From positions 1 through 19,328 of the forward strand of contig JBDHHP010000070.1 of assembly GCA_039589275.1 (NCBI GenBank): a stretch of DNA of 19,328 bases. The letters are read 5' to 3'. This DNA is from Gemmatimonadota bacterium (GTDB lineage: Bacteria; Gemmatimonadota; Gemmatimonadetes; Gemmatimonadales; GWC2-71-9). The notes beneath the pieces were generated by a model. It had not been told where the DNA came from. It saw nothing but the letters and a program-made list of their open reading frames with translations, and did no database searches. Made by a program: the position numbers and the translations under genes. This document shows, piece after piece, positions 1-8,891 of this stretch; within the stretch, counting starts at the first letter, position 1; each line of letters opens with the position of its first letter.

Positions 1-103
1 TTGAATAGACTGATCTCGAGTATGGGCCCAGACTTGTAGCGCCGCAACAGACAGTTGCGTGACGGGGCCCGCCAAAGGCCATGCCGTTTCCCGCGATCAA
101 GTG

Positions 104-260
104 TGTCTCTCTTGCCTTCCGCAGCCGTCGAGAGGCCGCACAGACATCTAGCTACTCCCTGACCCTCTCGAGGCCCGGGGAAGCCCAGGAGAAGGCCCAC
201 GGAGACCAACTCTCTCAGCTCCCGAACCTGTCGTCTGGCCGTCCCAACCGCAGGCCGCAC
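104..260 (+). repeat. Diverged copy (copy 0) of the intergenic repeat 'part A' that follows each kinase gene
   Basis: Aligns by eye with 355-506, 4233-4380 and 7518-7660. Shared blocks are ctctcttgccNtccg, tagcta, tccctgaccct, ggagacc and ctc..c. ORF 81-398 across it has no recognisable protein features. Confidence 0.55.
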
Positions 261-354
261 TGGGGTGTACCGAGGACTACGAATCCTCTGACCGTATCGG
301 GAGGCCCGTCACGACGCGGCTCTCGGTGCCATGTGCTTCGCATGTGCTTCGGTG

Positions 355-506
355 CGGCTTTCTCTCTTGCCCTCCGTGAGTCTCGCCCCGCCGGATAGCT
401 ATCTCAATACTCCCTGACCCTATCAAGGCCAAGGGAAGGCAAAGGAAGGGCTAAGGAGACCTGCTCGCTACTGAACCTCATGCCGACTCTTGCGGATTCG
501 AGTGCC
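355..506 (+). repeat. Copy 1 of intergenic repeat part A
   Basis: The string gcggctttctctcttgccctccgtgagtctc...gatagctatctcaatactccctga...aaggccaagggaaggcaa...ctcgct...cggattcgagtgcc is collinear with 4233-4380 and 7518-7665. It contains the palindromic core gatagctatc. Confidence 0.75.
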
Positions 507-672
507 GAGACACATATAATGTGACAACCTCATGTCAATATAGGATATCATAACCTGATCAAGTAGTGAACCCGTCAAGTACATGGGTCCTGACTCATGG
601 AGACCGCTAAGGAATGGATCCTGTGATCTTCGCTGGCGATAACAAGCATCAACACCCAATTAGGAGGGGCCA

Positions 673-1611
673 ATGGGTTTGAAGCGAGCAGTTGGACTGT
701 TCTGCGCCGCGTGCTTCACGGTGCTGCTGATGACTGCCTGCCAGGGCGCGGACGGCATCAACGGAACCGACGGCATGGATGGCCAGGACGGAATGAACGG
801 ACAGGATGGTCAGGACGGCGTGGACTTTCCAGGTCCGATTCCCGCAGAATACACCGCTGCGGACGGCATCCTCGGTGGTGCCGCGTACTCAAAGTGGTGG
901 ACAACGGATGCGGGAGGCAGCGGCACGCAGCCGACAACGACCGCCGAGGCCGATTTCTATCGCTGCAAGGCGTGTCATGCGTGGGATGGCATGGGCAGCG
1001 CTGCTTCGTATGCCAATCGGACCGGCCAGAGCACGCTGAGAGCCTCCCGTCCCGACGTAGCGTCGGTCAATCTGCGGAGCACTCCCGCGAACCAAACGTA
1101 TCTGGGGCTGTTTGACCTGGTCATGCATGTCGGCGCGCGTGACATAGATGCCCGGGACAATACACATCCGGACTACTCTCCATACCTCACGACCGAACAA
1201 GCGTGGAACCTTGTGAAATTCATGCGCGAGGAGTGGGTCGCTCCCAACCTGCTGTACGACATTGAGGTGACCGGTCCGGCCATGTACGTCGACTACACGG
1301 CCGATCCCGATACGGTGGTAGCACCGACGGTCACCTACAGCAATGTCGGAGCGCTCGGGGACGAAGCCAACGGCCAGACGCTGTATACGAGCCTCTGCGA
1401 AACATGCCATGGAGCCGACGGCACGGATGAGGACCTGGGTGGCAGGAGTCTCGGCCAGTTCGTGCGCGAAAAGCCAAACGAGGCTTGGTTCAAGGCGAAG
1501 TTCGGTGAACCCGGGACGGGCATGGCACCTGGCCTCGTGACCGAGCTGTCTGATCTGCAAGACCTGTATGCGGCGTTGGCAAATGCTGCGAACTTCCCCG
1601 ACCTCCCTTAA
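673..1611 (+). CDS. Lipoprotein dihaem c-type cytochrome with a collagen-like GXY linker
   Basis: AGGAGG lies 6 nt upstream of the ATG. Signal peptide with lipobox LLMTAC. Two CxxCH haem motifs: CKACH at nt 964-978 and CETCH at nt 1396-1410. Nine GXY triplets follow the lipobox. Confidence 0.85.
   Translation: MGLKRAVGLFCAACFTVLLMTACQGADGINGTDGMDGQDGMNGQDGQDGVDFPGPIPAEYTAADGILGGAAYSKWWTTDAGGSGTQPTTTAEADFYRCKACHAWDGMGSAASYANRTGQSTLRASRPDVASVNLRSTPANQTYLGLFDLVMHVGARDIDARDNTHPDYSPYLTTEQAWNLVKFMREEWVAPNLLYDIEVTGPAMYVDYTADPDTVVAPTVTYSNVGALGDEANGQTLYTSLCETCHGADGTDEDLGGRSLGQFVREKPNEAWFKAKFGEPGTGMAPGLVTELSDLQDLYAALANAANFPDLP
745..825 (+). repeat. In-frame (GXY)9 collagen-like tract, GAD GIN GTD GMD GQD GMN GQD GQD GVD
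   Basis: Read directly from the translation of 673-1611, with a reiterated gaYggN pattern at nucleotide level. Confidence 0.8.
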
Positions 1612-1652
1612 CACCAACACGGGCACGTTCGCTGCAAATACGGAACCACTAG

Positions 1653-1689
1653 GCTGGCCCGGCAGTAGATCAGAGGCTGCCGGGCCAGC
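1653..1689 (+). terminator. Strong hairpin downstream of the cytochrome c gene
   Basis: gctggcccggcag / ctgccgggccagc form a perfect 13-bp stem around an 11-nt loop, 42 nt after the stop codon. There is no clear U-tract. Confidence 0.5.
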
Positions 1690-1765
1690 ACGGTTCCGTA
1701 TACAGAGTGGTAGTGCCAGTCTTCATCTGTTCCTGACCTCGGCCCCGGCTACGAGCTGTTCCGGA

Positions 1766-1911
1766 CTCGATGATGCCCACCGGGTAGCCGTCGCCCATAG
1801 AAGGACCCGTCCCAAGAGCTGCAGGAGTCCCTGGTCCCGATCGTCTTCGACTCCGGCCGACCCGAACTGCGGCCCGTAGTGTAGGCTCGGGACCACCGGA
1901 GAGCCTGTCGC
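1766..1911 (+). promoter_or_regulatory. Conserved kinase leader (repeat part B) running up to the start codon
   Basis: Collinear with 4352-4496: gatgcc..c.cgg...gaggacccg..cag..gcaggagtccctg..cc.gatcgtc..cgactc.gg...gcggcccgtagtNtaggcNcgggaccacNNgagagcctgNcgNATG. The GAGAG acts as the Shine-Dalgarno sequence. Confidence 0.65.
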
Positions 1912-4227
1912 ATGTCGGATACCCTGGAGCGCCTCAAGTTGGCCCTCGCCGACCGCTACGCTGTCGAGCGCGAGATCGGCGCAGGCGGCATGGCGACGGT
2001 GTACCTCGCCGAAGACATCAAGCACCACCGCAAAGTGGCGGTGAAAGTGCTGCGGCCCGAACTCGCCGCTACACTGGGACCAGAGCGCTTTGTCCGCGAG
2101 ATCGAGATCGCCGCGCAACTCGCGCATCCCCACATCCTGCCGTTGTACGACTCCGGTGAAGCCGATGGGGTCCTCTACTACGTCATGCCATATGTGGAGG
2201 GCGAGTCGTTGCGCGAGCAGCTGGATCGCGAGGGGAAGCTCTCGGTGGAGGAGGTGGTTCGCCTTACCGATCAGATCGCGGCTGCGCTTTCCTACGCGCA
2301 TGAGCGTGGCATCGTCCATCGCGACGTCAAGCCGGAGAACGTCATGCTCACGGGCGGCCGGGCGGTGGTGGCTGACTTCGGGATTGCGCGTGCGGTGACT
2401 GTCGCGGGTGGAGAGCGGCTCACGGGGACCGGGTTCGCGGTGGGTACGCCCGCTTACATGAGTCCGGAGCAGGCGATGGGGCAGGATGACGTGGACGCCC
2501 GGAGCGACGTGTACGCGTTGGGATGCGTCGTCTACGAGATGGTGGCGGGGCGTGTGCCATTCGAGGGGAAGACACCCCAGGAGCTGTTGGCCAAGCACGC
2601 GGTGGACACGGTGCCTGGTCTCCGGCGCAGTGATGCCACAATCCCCGTCTTCGTCGAGCGGGCGGTAGAGCGGGCCATGGCCAAGAATCCTGACGAGCGC
2701 TTTCCGTCCGCAAGGGAGTTAGCGGAGGCGTTGACGTCGGAAACCGTGGTGGCGCGCGTTGGCAGACGAAGTTGGCGCATAAGAGCGACTGTCGCTGCAG
2801 TAGTCAGCCTCATGCTCCTGGCCGCGTGGGGGCTGCCAACGGTGTTCGGCGGTCCTGCATATGAACGCTTGGCCGTGTTGCCCCCGGTCAACCTCATGAA
2901 CGATCCAGAGCAAGAGTACTTCGTCCAGGGGATGCATAATGCGCTGATCTCGGAACTCCAGCGAGCCGGCGTTGCGGTGATCGCGCGCACGTCGGTGCTG
3001 CAATATGAGAACACGCAGAAACCGATCCGCGATATCGCTAGCGAGCTGAGGGTTGACGCCCTGATCGAGCCGTCGGTCTACCGGACCGCAGACAGCGTTC
3101 AGCTCGAGGTCAGGGTGGTGGACGGCAGAACGGAGCAGTACATGGCAGACCCGATCGTCCGTGGCGGTGAGTTCCGCAACGTGGTGGCGCTGTATCGCGA
3201 CGTGACAGGTGCGATTGCTGCTGAGATCCAGCTGGCAATGGCCCCGCAGGCTGAGGCCCGCCTGGCCGGCGGCCGCGCTGTCAATCCCGAATCGTACGAG
3301 GCCTACTTGAAAGGCCGCGAACGGTGGTACCGGGCCACGCCACCAGAGATCGCTATGGCGCAGGACTACTTCGAGCAGGCAATCGAGTTGGACTCGAACA
3401 ACGCATTGGCATTTGTTGGCCTCGCCGACGCCATGGCCCTGCCGGGCCACGTCGGGTGGGTACCAGCACCAGACGCCTTCACTGCAGCGAAGGCGGCACT
3501 GGCAAGAGCGTTCGAACTCGACGAGGAACTCGCGGAAGCGCACGATTTGCGGGCCAGGATACGATTTGCCTTTGATTGGGACTGGTCCAGTGCAGAGGAG
3601 GGATTCCAGCGCGCCTTCGAGCTGAATCCGCACCATCCGGACGCACACGTGGTGTATGCACAACTACTGAGCATCACTGGGCGGCGAGATGAAGCGCTTG
3701 CGGAAGTCCGGCGTGGCTTGGACGTGGATCCGCACAATGCCTTCTTCAAGCAGCAGTTCGCTCAACAGTTGTCGACGATGGGTCGGTATGATGACGCGAT
3801 CGAGCAGCTACAAGAGCTGCTCAAGGCGCAACCCGGCTACCCTCTGGCGCACGACGCGCTGTGGACCGCCTTCTACAAACAGCTAAGGTTTGAGGAGGCT
3901 TTGGACCACGCAATCTCGTCCGTTGCAGACACCGAAGTGGAGGAATCCCTTAGGCGTGGTTACGCAGCGGGCGGTTATGCGGAGGGAATGCGTCGTGCAG
4001 CGGAGACCCTTGTGGCGCGTTCCAAGCACCGGTACGTCGCACCCATACCAATTGCGAGATTCTATGCGCACGCAGGCGAAACCGACATGGCTCTGGAGTG
4101 GCTGGAGCGCGCCATAGATGTGCGCAATACGCAGATCGTGTACACACCGATGAACCCGGACTTCGAGGAGTTGTGGGTTCACCCGCGTTATCAAGAACTG
4201 ATGCGGCGAATAAATCTCTCGCTTTGA
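1912..4227 (+). CDS. Membrane Ser/Thr protein kinase with an extracytoplasmic domain and C-terminal TPR repeats
   Basis: Hanks kinase motifs are present: GAGGMATVY, VAVK, HRDVKPEN, DFG and GTPAYMSPE. One TM segment (IRATVAAVVSLMLLAAWGL). The C-terminal half is TPR-like. Confidence 0.9.
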   Translation: MSDTLERLKLALADRYAVEREIGAGGMATVYLAEDIKHHRKVAVKVLRPELAATLGPERFVREIEIAAQLAHPHILPLYDSGEADGVLYYVMPYVEGESLREQLDREGKLSVEEVVRLTDQIAAALSYAHERGIVHRDVKPENVMLTGGRAVVADFGIARAVTVAGGERLTGTGFAVGTPAYMSPEQAMGQDDVDARSDVYALGCVVYEMVAGRVPFEGKTPQELLAKHAVDTVPGLRRSDATIPVFVERAVERAMAKNPDERFPSARELAEALTSETVVARVGRRSWRIRATVAAVVSLMLLAAWGLPTVFGGPAYERLAVLPPVNLMNDPEQEYFVQGMHNALISELQRAGVAVIARTSVLQYENTQKPIRDIASELRVDALIEPSVYRTADSVQLEVRVVDGRTEQYMADPIVRGGEFRNVVALYRDVTGAIAAEIQLAMAPQAEARLAGGRAVNPESYEAYLKGRERWYRATPPEIAMAQDYFEQAIELDSNNALAFVGLADAMALPGHVGWVPAPDAFTAAKAALARAFELDEELAEAHDLRARIRFAFDWDWSSAEEGFQRAFELNPHHPDAHVVYAQLLSITGRRDEALAEVRRGLDVDPHNAFFKQQFAQQLSTMGRYDDAIEQLQELLKAQPGYPLAHDALWTAFYKQLRFEEALDHAISSVADTEVEESLRRGYAAGGYAEGMRRAAETLVARSKHRYVAPIPIARFYAHAGETDMALEWLERAIDVRNTQIVYTPMNPDFEELWVHPRYQELMRRINLSL

Positions 4228-4232
4228 GTTGG

Positions 4233-4496
4233 CGGCTTCCTCCCTTGCCCTCCGTGAGTCTCTCCGGGCCAAGTAGCTATCTCGATATTCCTAGACATTC
4301 TCGAGGCCAAGGGAAGGCAACGGAGAGCGTCTGAGATACACTCGCTCGGGCACTTGATGCCGCACGGCGTTTCGGAGCCCTAACGAGGACCCGCAACCAG
4401 AAAGGACGGGAGTCCCTGCCTCCGATCGTCGCGGACTCTGGCTGACGGCAGCGGCAGCCCGTAGTTTAGGCCCGGGACCACTAGAGAGCCTGCCGT
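4233..4496 (+). repeat. Full intergenic repeat unit (part A + part B) between the two kinase genes
   Basis: The 5' half matches 355-506 and 7518-7665. The 3' half matches 1766-1911 and ends at the kinase ATG. Confidence 0.8.
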
Positions 4497-7481
4497 ATGC
4501 CTGACCTGCTGGAGCGTCTCAAAGCTGCGTTGGCTGACCGCTACGCCATCGAGCGGGAACTCGGTAGCGGTGGGATGGCCACGGTGTACCTCGCCGAGGA
4601 CCTGAAGCTGCACCGCAAGGTTGCGGTAAAGGTCCTAAGACCCGAACTCGCTGCTGCGCTTGGGCCTGACCGATTCCTGCAAGAGATCGAGATCGCGGCC
4701 CAACTGCACCATCCCCACATCCTACCGCTACACGACTCGGGTGACGCAGACGGGTTCCTGTATTACGTGATGCCTTATGAGGAGGGGCATTCACTTCGTG
4801 AGAAGTTGGCGCACGAGGGTGAGCTACCCATTGGTGAAGCCGTCAGAATCCTGAGGGACATAGTGGACGCTCTCGATCACGCCCACAAGCACAATGTAGT
4901 TCACAGGGACATCAAGCCGGACAACGTTCTGTTGACGGAGCGCCATGCTCTGGTGACCGACTTCGGCGTTGCCAAGGCCGTGAGCGAAGCCACCGGAAGG
5001 CAGCAGCTCACAACTGAAGGCGTGGCACTCGGCACACCAACCTATATGGCACCGGAGCAAGCCTCGGCCGACCCGCACATCGACCATCGGGTCGATATCT
5101 ACGCCGTCGGTGCCGTCGCATACGAGTTGCTCACCGGCAGACCGCCGTTCACTGGCACAACGCAGCAGGAGATACTGGCAGCACACATGACGCAGGCTCC
5201 GGAGCCCGTGACCAAGTATCGGGAGTCGGTGCCTCCTGCACTTGAGCAATTGGTGATAAGGTGCCTGGAGAAGAAGGCCGCTGATAGGTGGCAGAGTGCT
5301 GAGGAGCTGCTGCCGCAACTGGAAGCACTGACAACGCCGAGCGGCGGCGTAACACCGACTGAGACCAGACCGGTTTCCGCCACGCGCGCTCCTATGAGCC
5401 CGAAGACACGTACGGCCGCAGTAGCTGCTGTGGTTGTGGTCGGCGCAGTTGCTGCCTGGCTCCTACTGCTGCAGCCGTCCGGACCCGCCGCACCGAGACT
5501 CGATCCCAACGCCTTGGCCGTGTTGCCTTTCAGGATCACTGGCGACTCAGGTCTGATATACCTGCGGGAAGGCATGGTCGACGCACTCCACGCCAAGTTC
5601 ACCGGAGAAGGTGGACCGCGCGCAGTGGACCCGAGAACGACGATGAGCGCCTGGCGCGAGACGATTGAGGACGAGTCAGAAGACCTGCCACTCGACGAAT
5701 CGGTGCGGCTTGCGGGCCAACTCGGAGCGGGCCTGGTCCTGCTAGGAGGGATTGTCGAGGCAGGGAACCAGCTCACGTTGAGCGGATCTCTGCATGACGT
5801 TCCTGGTGGGGCAGAATTGGTGCAGGCCTCGGTCGCCGGCGCGGGTGACAGCCTGTCGGCCTTGATGGACCGTTTGGTGGTGCAGCTCCTCAGCCTGGAG
5901 GCGGGGGAGACCGCCGCGAGCGTCCAGACACTGAGCGGTTCGCTCGATGCGGTCCGCGCATATCTGGAAGGCCAGCGGGCCCTGCGCACCGGTTTCCCGC
6001 TGGAAGCTGTAAGGCACTTCGACCGGGCGATCGAGCTGGACTCATCCTTTGCCTTGGCGGCTGTGGGGCTTGCACGAGCCGGGTCGTTTGCGGGCAACAC
6101 CAACACCGACGCTGGGGGCCGGGGTGCGCGGCTCGCGTGGGAGTTGCGCGATCAACTGAGCGGCAGGGACCGTGCCCTGGTTACCGCTTGGCGGGGGCGG
6201 AACACACCTGGTTGGACCTCATGGGTAGATCGCATCCAAGATGCTGAGGTGGCAGTAGAGCTGGCACCCGACGACCCGGTCACCTGGAGCATGCTCGGAG
6301 GGCTACGTTCTCGTCTTGGGATATACCTCGGTGATTCGGCTGAGATCAGACGTGGCCTCGGTGCTCTGGATCGCGCGTTGGAGCTGGATTCGAGTCAGAT
6401 CGACGTGCTTTGGATGAGAGTGGACCGTGCCATGAGGTTGGGCGACACAGCGGTGGTCCGCGGATTGGGGCCGAGGCTCGTGGCAGCCGATTCGGCCACG
6501 GACTCGAGCGCGCTTACGCGATGGCAGATCGGAAGAGCGCTGAGTGATTCGCTAGAGATTGAACGTGCCCGGCAGGAGTTCGGCCGATCCCAACGCGAGG
6601 TCACGATCATAGGGTACCGCACGGCCGATGAGGGCTTACCGTACGACGATTGGGAGCTGTCGCTGGAACGGTTCGAAGCACAGGCCGTGACCGACAGGGC
6701 CCGGCAGCAGGCCATGGAACAGCACCGTAAGTTGGCCGGACTCAAGGGACAGCCCAGCAGGGAGATCGCCCTGGCTGACTCGCTCATTGAGATGGAGTTC
6801 TTCGAATGGTATATGGCCTCGTCTCACATCAGGCAGGCCATTTGGGGACCGGGCTACGACAGCGCCGCTGCGGAAAAGGCGGCTGTCTCCAAGTCATTCG
6901 CGCTGGATTCGAGCTGGACAGGTGTGAGCCAGTACTACGCTCTGTGTCCCTGGGGTGTGTGGGCAGCGTACCGGGGTGACGAGCGTGACGCCCGGGATGC
7001 CGTTGCGCTGATGGCGGAGATCGTAGCAAACGATGGCGCGAACCCCACTTGTCTGTACACCATAGAGGCCGTCCTCGAGACTGCGGGACCGGGTGGCGAG
7101 AGGCCGGCACTGGAACGACTCGATTCACTGATGCAGCTGGACGCGGGCCTCGGGTCATCACGTCTCAGGGGTGGACCAAGTTTCGGGGCGATGGCCAATT
7201 TCGCGGTAGCTCGCCTCCGAGAAGCTCAGGGCGACCTGCCGCGGGCTCTCGCCGCCGTCCGCCGTCGATGGATCGGGACGAACCCGGCCCAGCAGCAGTC
7301 GCTGCCGGCGTTCCTGCGAGAGGAAGGCCGGCTGGCGGCACTAGCCGGTGACACTGCAGGAGCGATCCGCGCCTACCAGCACTACCTTGTCCTGCGCACC
7401 GATCCGGAACCGACGGTACAGCCAGAGGTGGACGAGGTGCGACGAGCCCTAGCTCGGCTAATTGGGGAGCCCGGGCGCTAG
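4497..7481 (+). CDS. Membrane Ser/Thr protein kinase paralogue with a long, divergent helical-repeat C-terminal region
   Basis: The N-terminal 270 aa are collinear with the 1912-4227 product (MPDLLERLKAALADRYAIERELGSGGMATVYLAED, HRDIKPDN, DFG, GTPTYMAPE). TM segment AAVAAVVVVGAVAAWLLLL. About 650 aa follow that are unrelated in detail to the paralogue. Confidence 0.9.
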   Translation: MPDLLERLKAALADRYAIERELGSGGMATVYLAEDLKLHRKVAVKVLRPELAAALGPDRFLQEIEIAAQLHHPHILPLHDSGDADGFLYYVMPYEEGHSLREKLAHEGELPIGEAVRILRDIVDALDHAHKHNVVHRDIKPDNVLLTERHALVTDFGVAKAVSEATGRQQLTTEGVALGTPTYMAPEQASADPHIDHRVDIYAVGAVAYELLTGRPPFTGTTQQEILAAHMTQAPEPVTKYRESVPPALEQLVIRCLEKKAADRWQSAEELLPQLEALTTPSGGVTPTETRPVSATRAPMSPKTRTAAVAAVVVVGAVAAWLLLLQPSGPAAPRLDPNALAVLPFRITGDSGLIYLREGMVDALHAKFTGEGGPRAVDPRTTMSAWRETIEDESEDLPLDESVRLAGQLGAGLVLLGGIVEAGNQLTLSGSLHDVPGGAELVQASVAGAGDSLSALMDRLVVQLLSLEAGETAASVQTLSGSLDAVRAYLEGQRALRTGFPLEAVRHFDRAIELDSSFALAAVGLARAGSFAGNTNTDAGGRGARLAWELRDQLSGRDRALVTAWRGRNTPGWTSWVDRIQDAEVAVELAPDDPVTWSMLGGLRSRLGIYLGDSAEIRRGLGALDRALELDSSQIDVLWMRVDRAMRLGDTAVVRGLGPRLVAADSATDSSALTRWQIGRALSDSLEIERARQEFGRSQREVTIIGYRTADEGLPYDDWELSLERFEAQAVTDRARQQAMEQHRKLAGLKGQPSREIALADSLIEMEFFEWYMASSHIRQAIWGPGYDSAAAEKAAVSKSFALDSSWTGVSQYYALCPWGVWAAYRGDERDARDAVALMAEIVANDGANPTCLYTIEAVLETAGPGGERPALERLDSLMQLDAGLGSSRLRGGPSFGAMANFAVARLREAQGDLPRALAAVRRRWIGTNPAQQQSLPAFLREEGRLAALAGDTAGAIRAYQHYLVLRTDPEPTVQPEVDEVRRALARLIGEPGR

Positions 7482-7517
7482 AACAAACCAGGCCACATGA
7501 CCGGCCTCCTCCTACCG

Positions 7518-7712
7518 CGGCTTCCTCCCGTGCCCTCCGTGAGTCTCTCCCCGCGACATAGCTATCTCAATACACCCTGATATTCTTGAGGCCAAGGGAA
7601 GCCAACGGAGAGCGTCGGAGATACACTCGCTCGGCCGCCTGATGCTACCCGGTGTCTCGGAGCCCGAAGAAGGACCCGTCCGACCAGTCGCAGGAGTCCC
7701 TGACCTCCCCTC
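7518..7712 (+). repeat. Copy 3 of the repeat: part A plus a truncated part B, with no kinase gene following
   Basis: Roughly 80% identical by eye to 4233-4425. Similarity is lost after caggagtccctgacctcc (about 7712), just before a tRNA-like fragment. Confidence 0.75.
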
Positions 7713-7738
7713 CGGTTCCGGCTGGATGGGAGGATACC

Positions 7739-7760
7739 GTCGAGGGACTCGAACCCCGAC
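7739..7760 (-). other. tRNA-like T-arm remnant
   Basis: The minus strand reads gtcggggTTCGAGTccctcgac, a T-loop consensus inside a 7-bp stem with one bulge. I could not build an anticodon arm or an acceptor stem. The 14 nt gactcgaaccccga recur at 8026-8039. Confidence 0.35.
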
Positions 7761-7943
7761 ACGCGGATTGTGATTATGGCACGTCGGGCGGACTCATCGT
7801 GACTCATCGTGACAAAACGGGAAGCCATAAGGCGTTATCGGATTGCTGGAACGCAACGTTTTCCCACTGAGTCACACTGAATGACGATCAGTACGGCACA
7901 CTGAAGGCACACTAGCCGAACTGCTCGCGTGAACTGGAAGCCA

Positions 7944-7967
7944 GAAGGGGAGGCCGGCCTCCCCTTC
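7944..7967. terminator. Perfect 24-bp GC-rich palindrome; possible bidirectional terminator
   Basis: gaaggggaggcc|ggcctccccttc lies about 250 bp downstream of merB. There is no clean U-tract on either strand. Confidence 0.3.
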
Positions 7968-8020
7968 CCTTCTCTGGTTGACTCCCATCCCTGTCGTCAA
8001 GAACCTGACTCGATATCGAG

Positions 8021-8056
8021 CCACTGACTCGAACCCCGAACCTACTGATTAAGAGG
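8021..8056 (-). other. Second degenerate tRNA 3'-half-like fragment
   Basis: The minus strand reads cctcttaatcagtaggttcggggttcgagtcagtgg. It resembles the tRNA-Gln fragment at 14179-14225 in the ctctNNatcagNag and ggttcgag blocks, but the stems no longer pair. Confidence 0.3.
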
Positions 8057-8219
8057 CGGGCCAAGTCTTACATCATCTCGTTACATCTTGTTGTCAGCCT
8101 GCGAGCTCGTGTCGTCCGTCGTCGTACTTTGCACCCCTCGATGTAAGGCTTTGTAGGATCCAACTAACACAGGAACTGACACACCGCCGAGGCTACACCC
8201 TGTTCGCTTATTCCAATCC

Positions 8220-8882
8220 TCACACCTGCCGCAACACGGGCCCGAACCTATGAGTGTTCAGCATTTGAGCAAGGGTGAACGCGTCTTCTAGCGACAACAC
8301 GAACGTACCAGCATGTCGTTCGGTCCAGGTTCGGCCAGCCTCGGACGAGACCAGGAAGTAAACCTTGTGGCAGAAGCTCTTCATGGTCTCCGGTGCGGAC
8401 TGCTCGATGCGCAGCTCGTCCGGCAGTAAGAACGACACGACTGTCTCTATTGGCTCCACCGCCTCCACCCCACCTGGGGAAACCCGAAGCCGCACAGGTA
8501 AGTCTGTTTCCGGACAGGTCGACTCAACCTGCGCAGTCTTCCCTAGCAGCTCTGGTATGAACAGTGAGTCCCATGCGCACCAAGTGTAGAGCGTCTGACT
8601 GTTCACAATGAACTTGTGCGCCATCTCCACTACAGCCAGCCCGCCGAACCCAATAATCGCCTTCTGCTCGTCGTGGAACATCAGACAGCTCAGGGCGTCG
8701 CTATCGAGTACCTCATTCACTTCGCGGTCTGAAATATCCAAGGCTGACGCCAGTTGTTGGCGGTAAACCGGTGTTCCCTTTGCGAGTTCTCGGTAGAGAC
8801 CGAGTGCAACTGTCTGTTGACCTTCGTTTAGCTGTAGGTCAGCGGCTGAAAGCGGTGCAAAGATCTGTTCTAGATCGGGCAT
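8220..8882 (-). CDS. merB: Organomercurial lyase MerB
   Basis: Collinear with classical MerB. The catalytic triad context is present: YTWCAWDSLFIPELLGKTA (Cys/Asp) and SFCHKVYF (second Cys). LYRELAKGTPV matches the MerB N-terminus. AGGAGG Shine-Dalgarno upstream. Confidence 0.93.
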   Translation of the reverse strand: MPDLEQIFAPLSAADLQLNEGQQTVALGLYRELAKGTPVYRQQLASALDISDREVNEVLDSDALSCLMFHDEQKAIIGFGGLAVVEMAHKFIVNSQTLYTWCAWDSLFIPELLGKTAQVESTCPETDLPVRLRVSPGGVEAVEPIETVVSFLLPDELRIEQSAPETMKSFCHKVYFLVSSEAGRTWTERHAGTFVLSLEDAFTLAQMLNTHRFGPVLRQV

Positions 8883-8891
8883 ATCTTGTCT

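Noticed and set aside
330-351. Short tandem duplications: catgtgcttcg x2 here and gactcatcgt x2 at 7791-7813
   Set aside because: Each has only two units of 10-11 bp. They are consistent with slippage and too short for any functional claim.
81-398. 105-aa plus-strand ORF at the window start
   Set aside because: It runs across two copies of the non-coding repeat family. It has no Shine-Dalgarno or recognisable motif, and its Pro/Arg/Ser-rich composition is typical of chance ORFs in GC-rich DNA.
4233-4350. Conserved RNA secondary structure within repeat part A (cctcccttgccctcc pairing with ggaaggcaacggagag)
   Set aside because: Differences between copies break the proposed pairs rather than compensate for them (for example copy 3), so there is no covariation support from the four copies available.
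889-6106. Long antisense or off-frame ORFs inside the cytochrome and kinase genes (e.g. 889-1626 -, 1723-2598 -, 2719-3663 -, 5099-6106 -)
   Set aside because: They are shadow ORFs of strongly supported genes in high-GC sequence. The products are Arg/Pro/Ala-rich with no family motifs.
7725-7770. Possible tmRNA (ssrA) 3' end, suggested by the GGTTCGAGTCC T-loop followed by ...ctccca
   Set aside because: I found no matching 5' acceptor strand, no tag reading frame and no terminal CCA in the correct register within 400 nt.
7562-7870. ORFs 7562-7828 (-) and 7652-7870 (+)
   Set aside because: They overlap repeat copy 3 and the tRNA-like remnant and have no motifs or ribosome-binding sites. The equivalent sequence in the other repeat copies is not open in the same frame.
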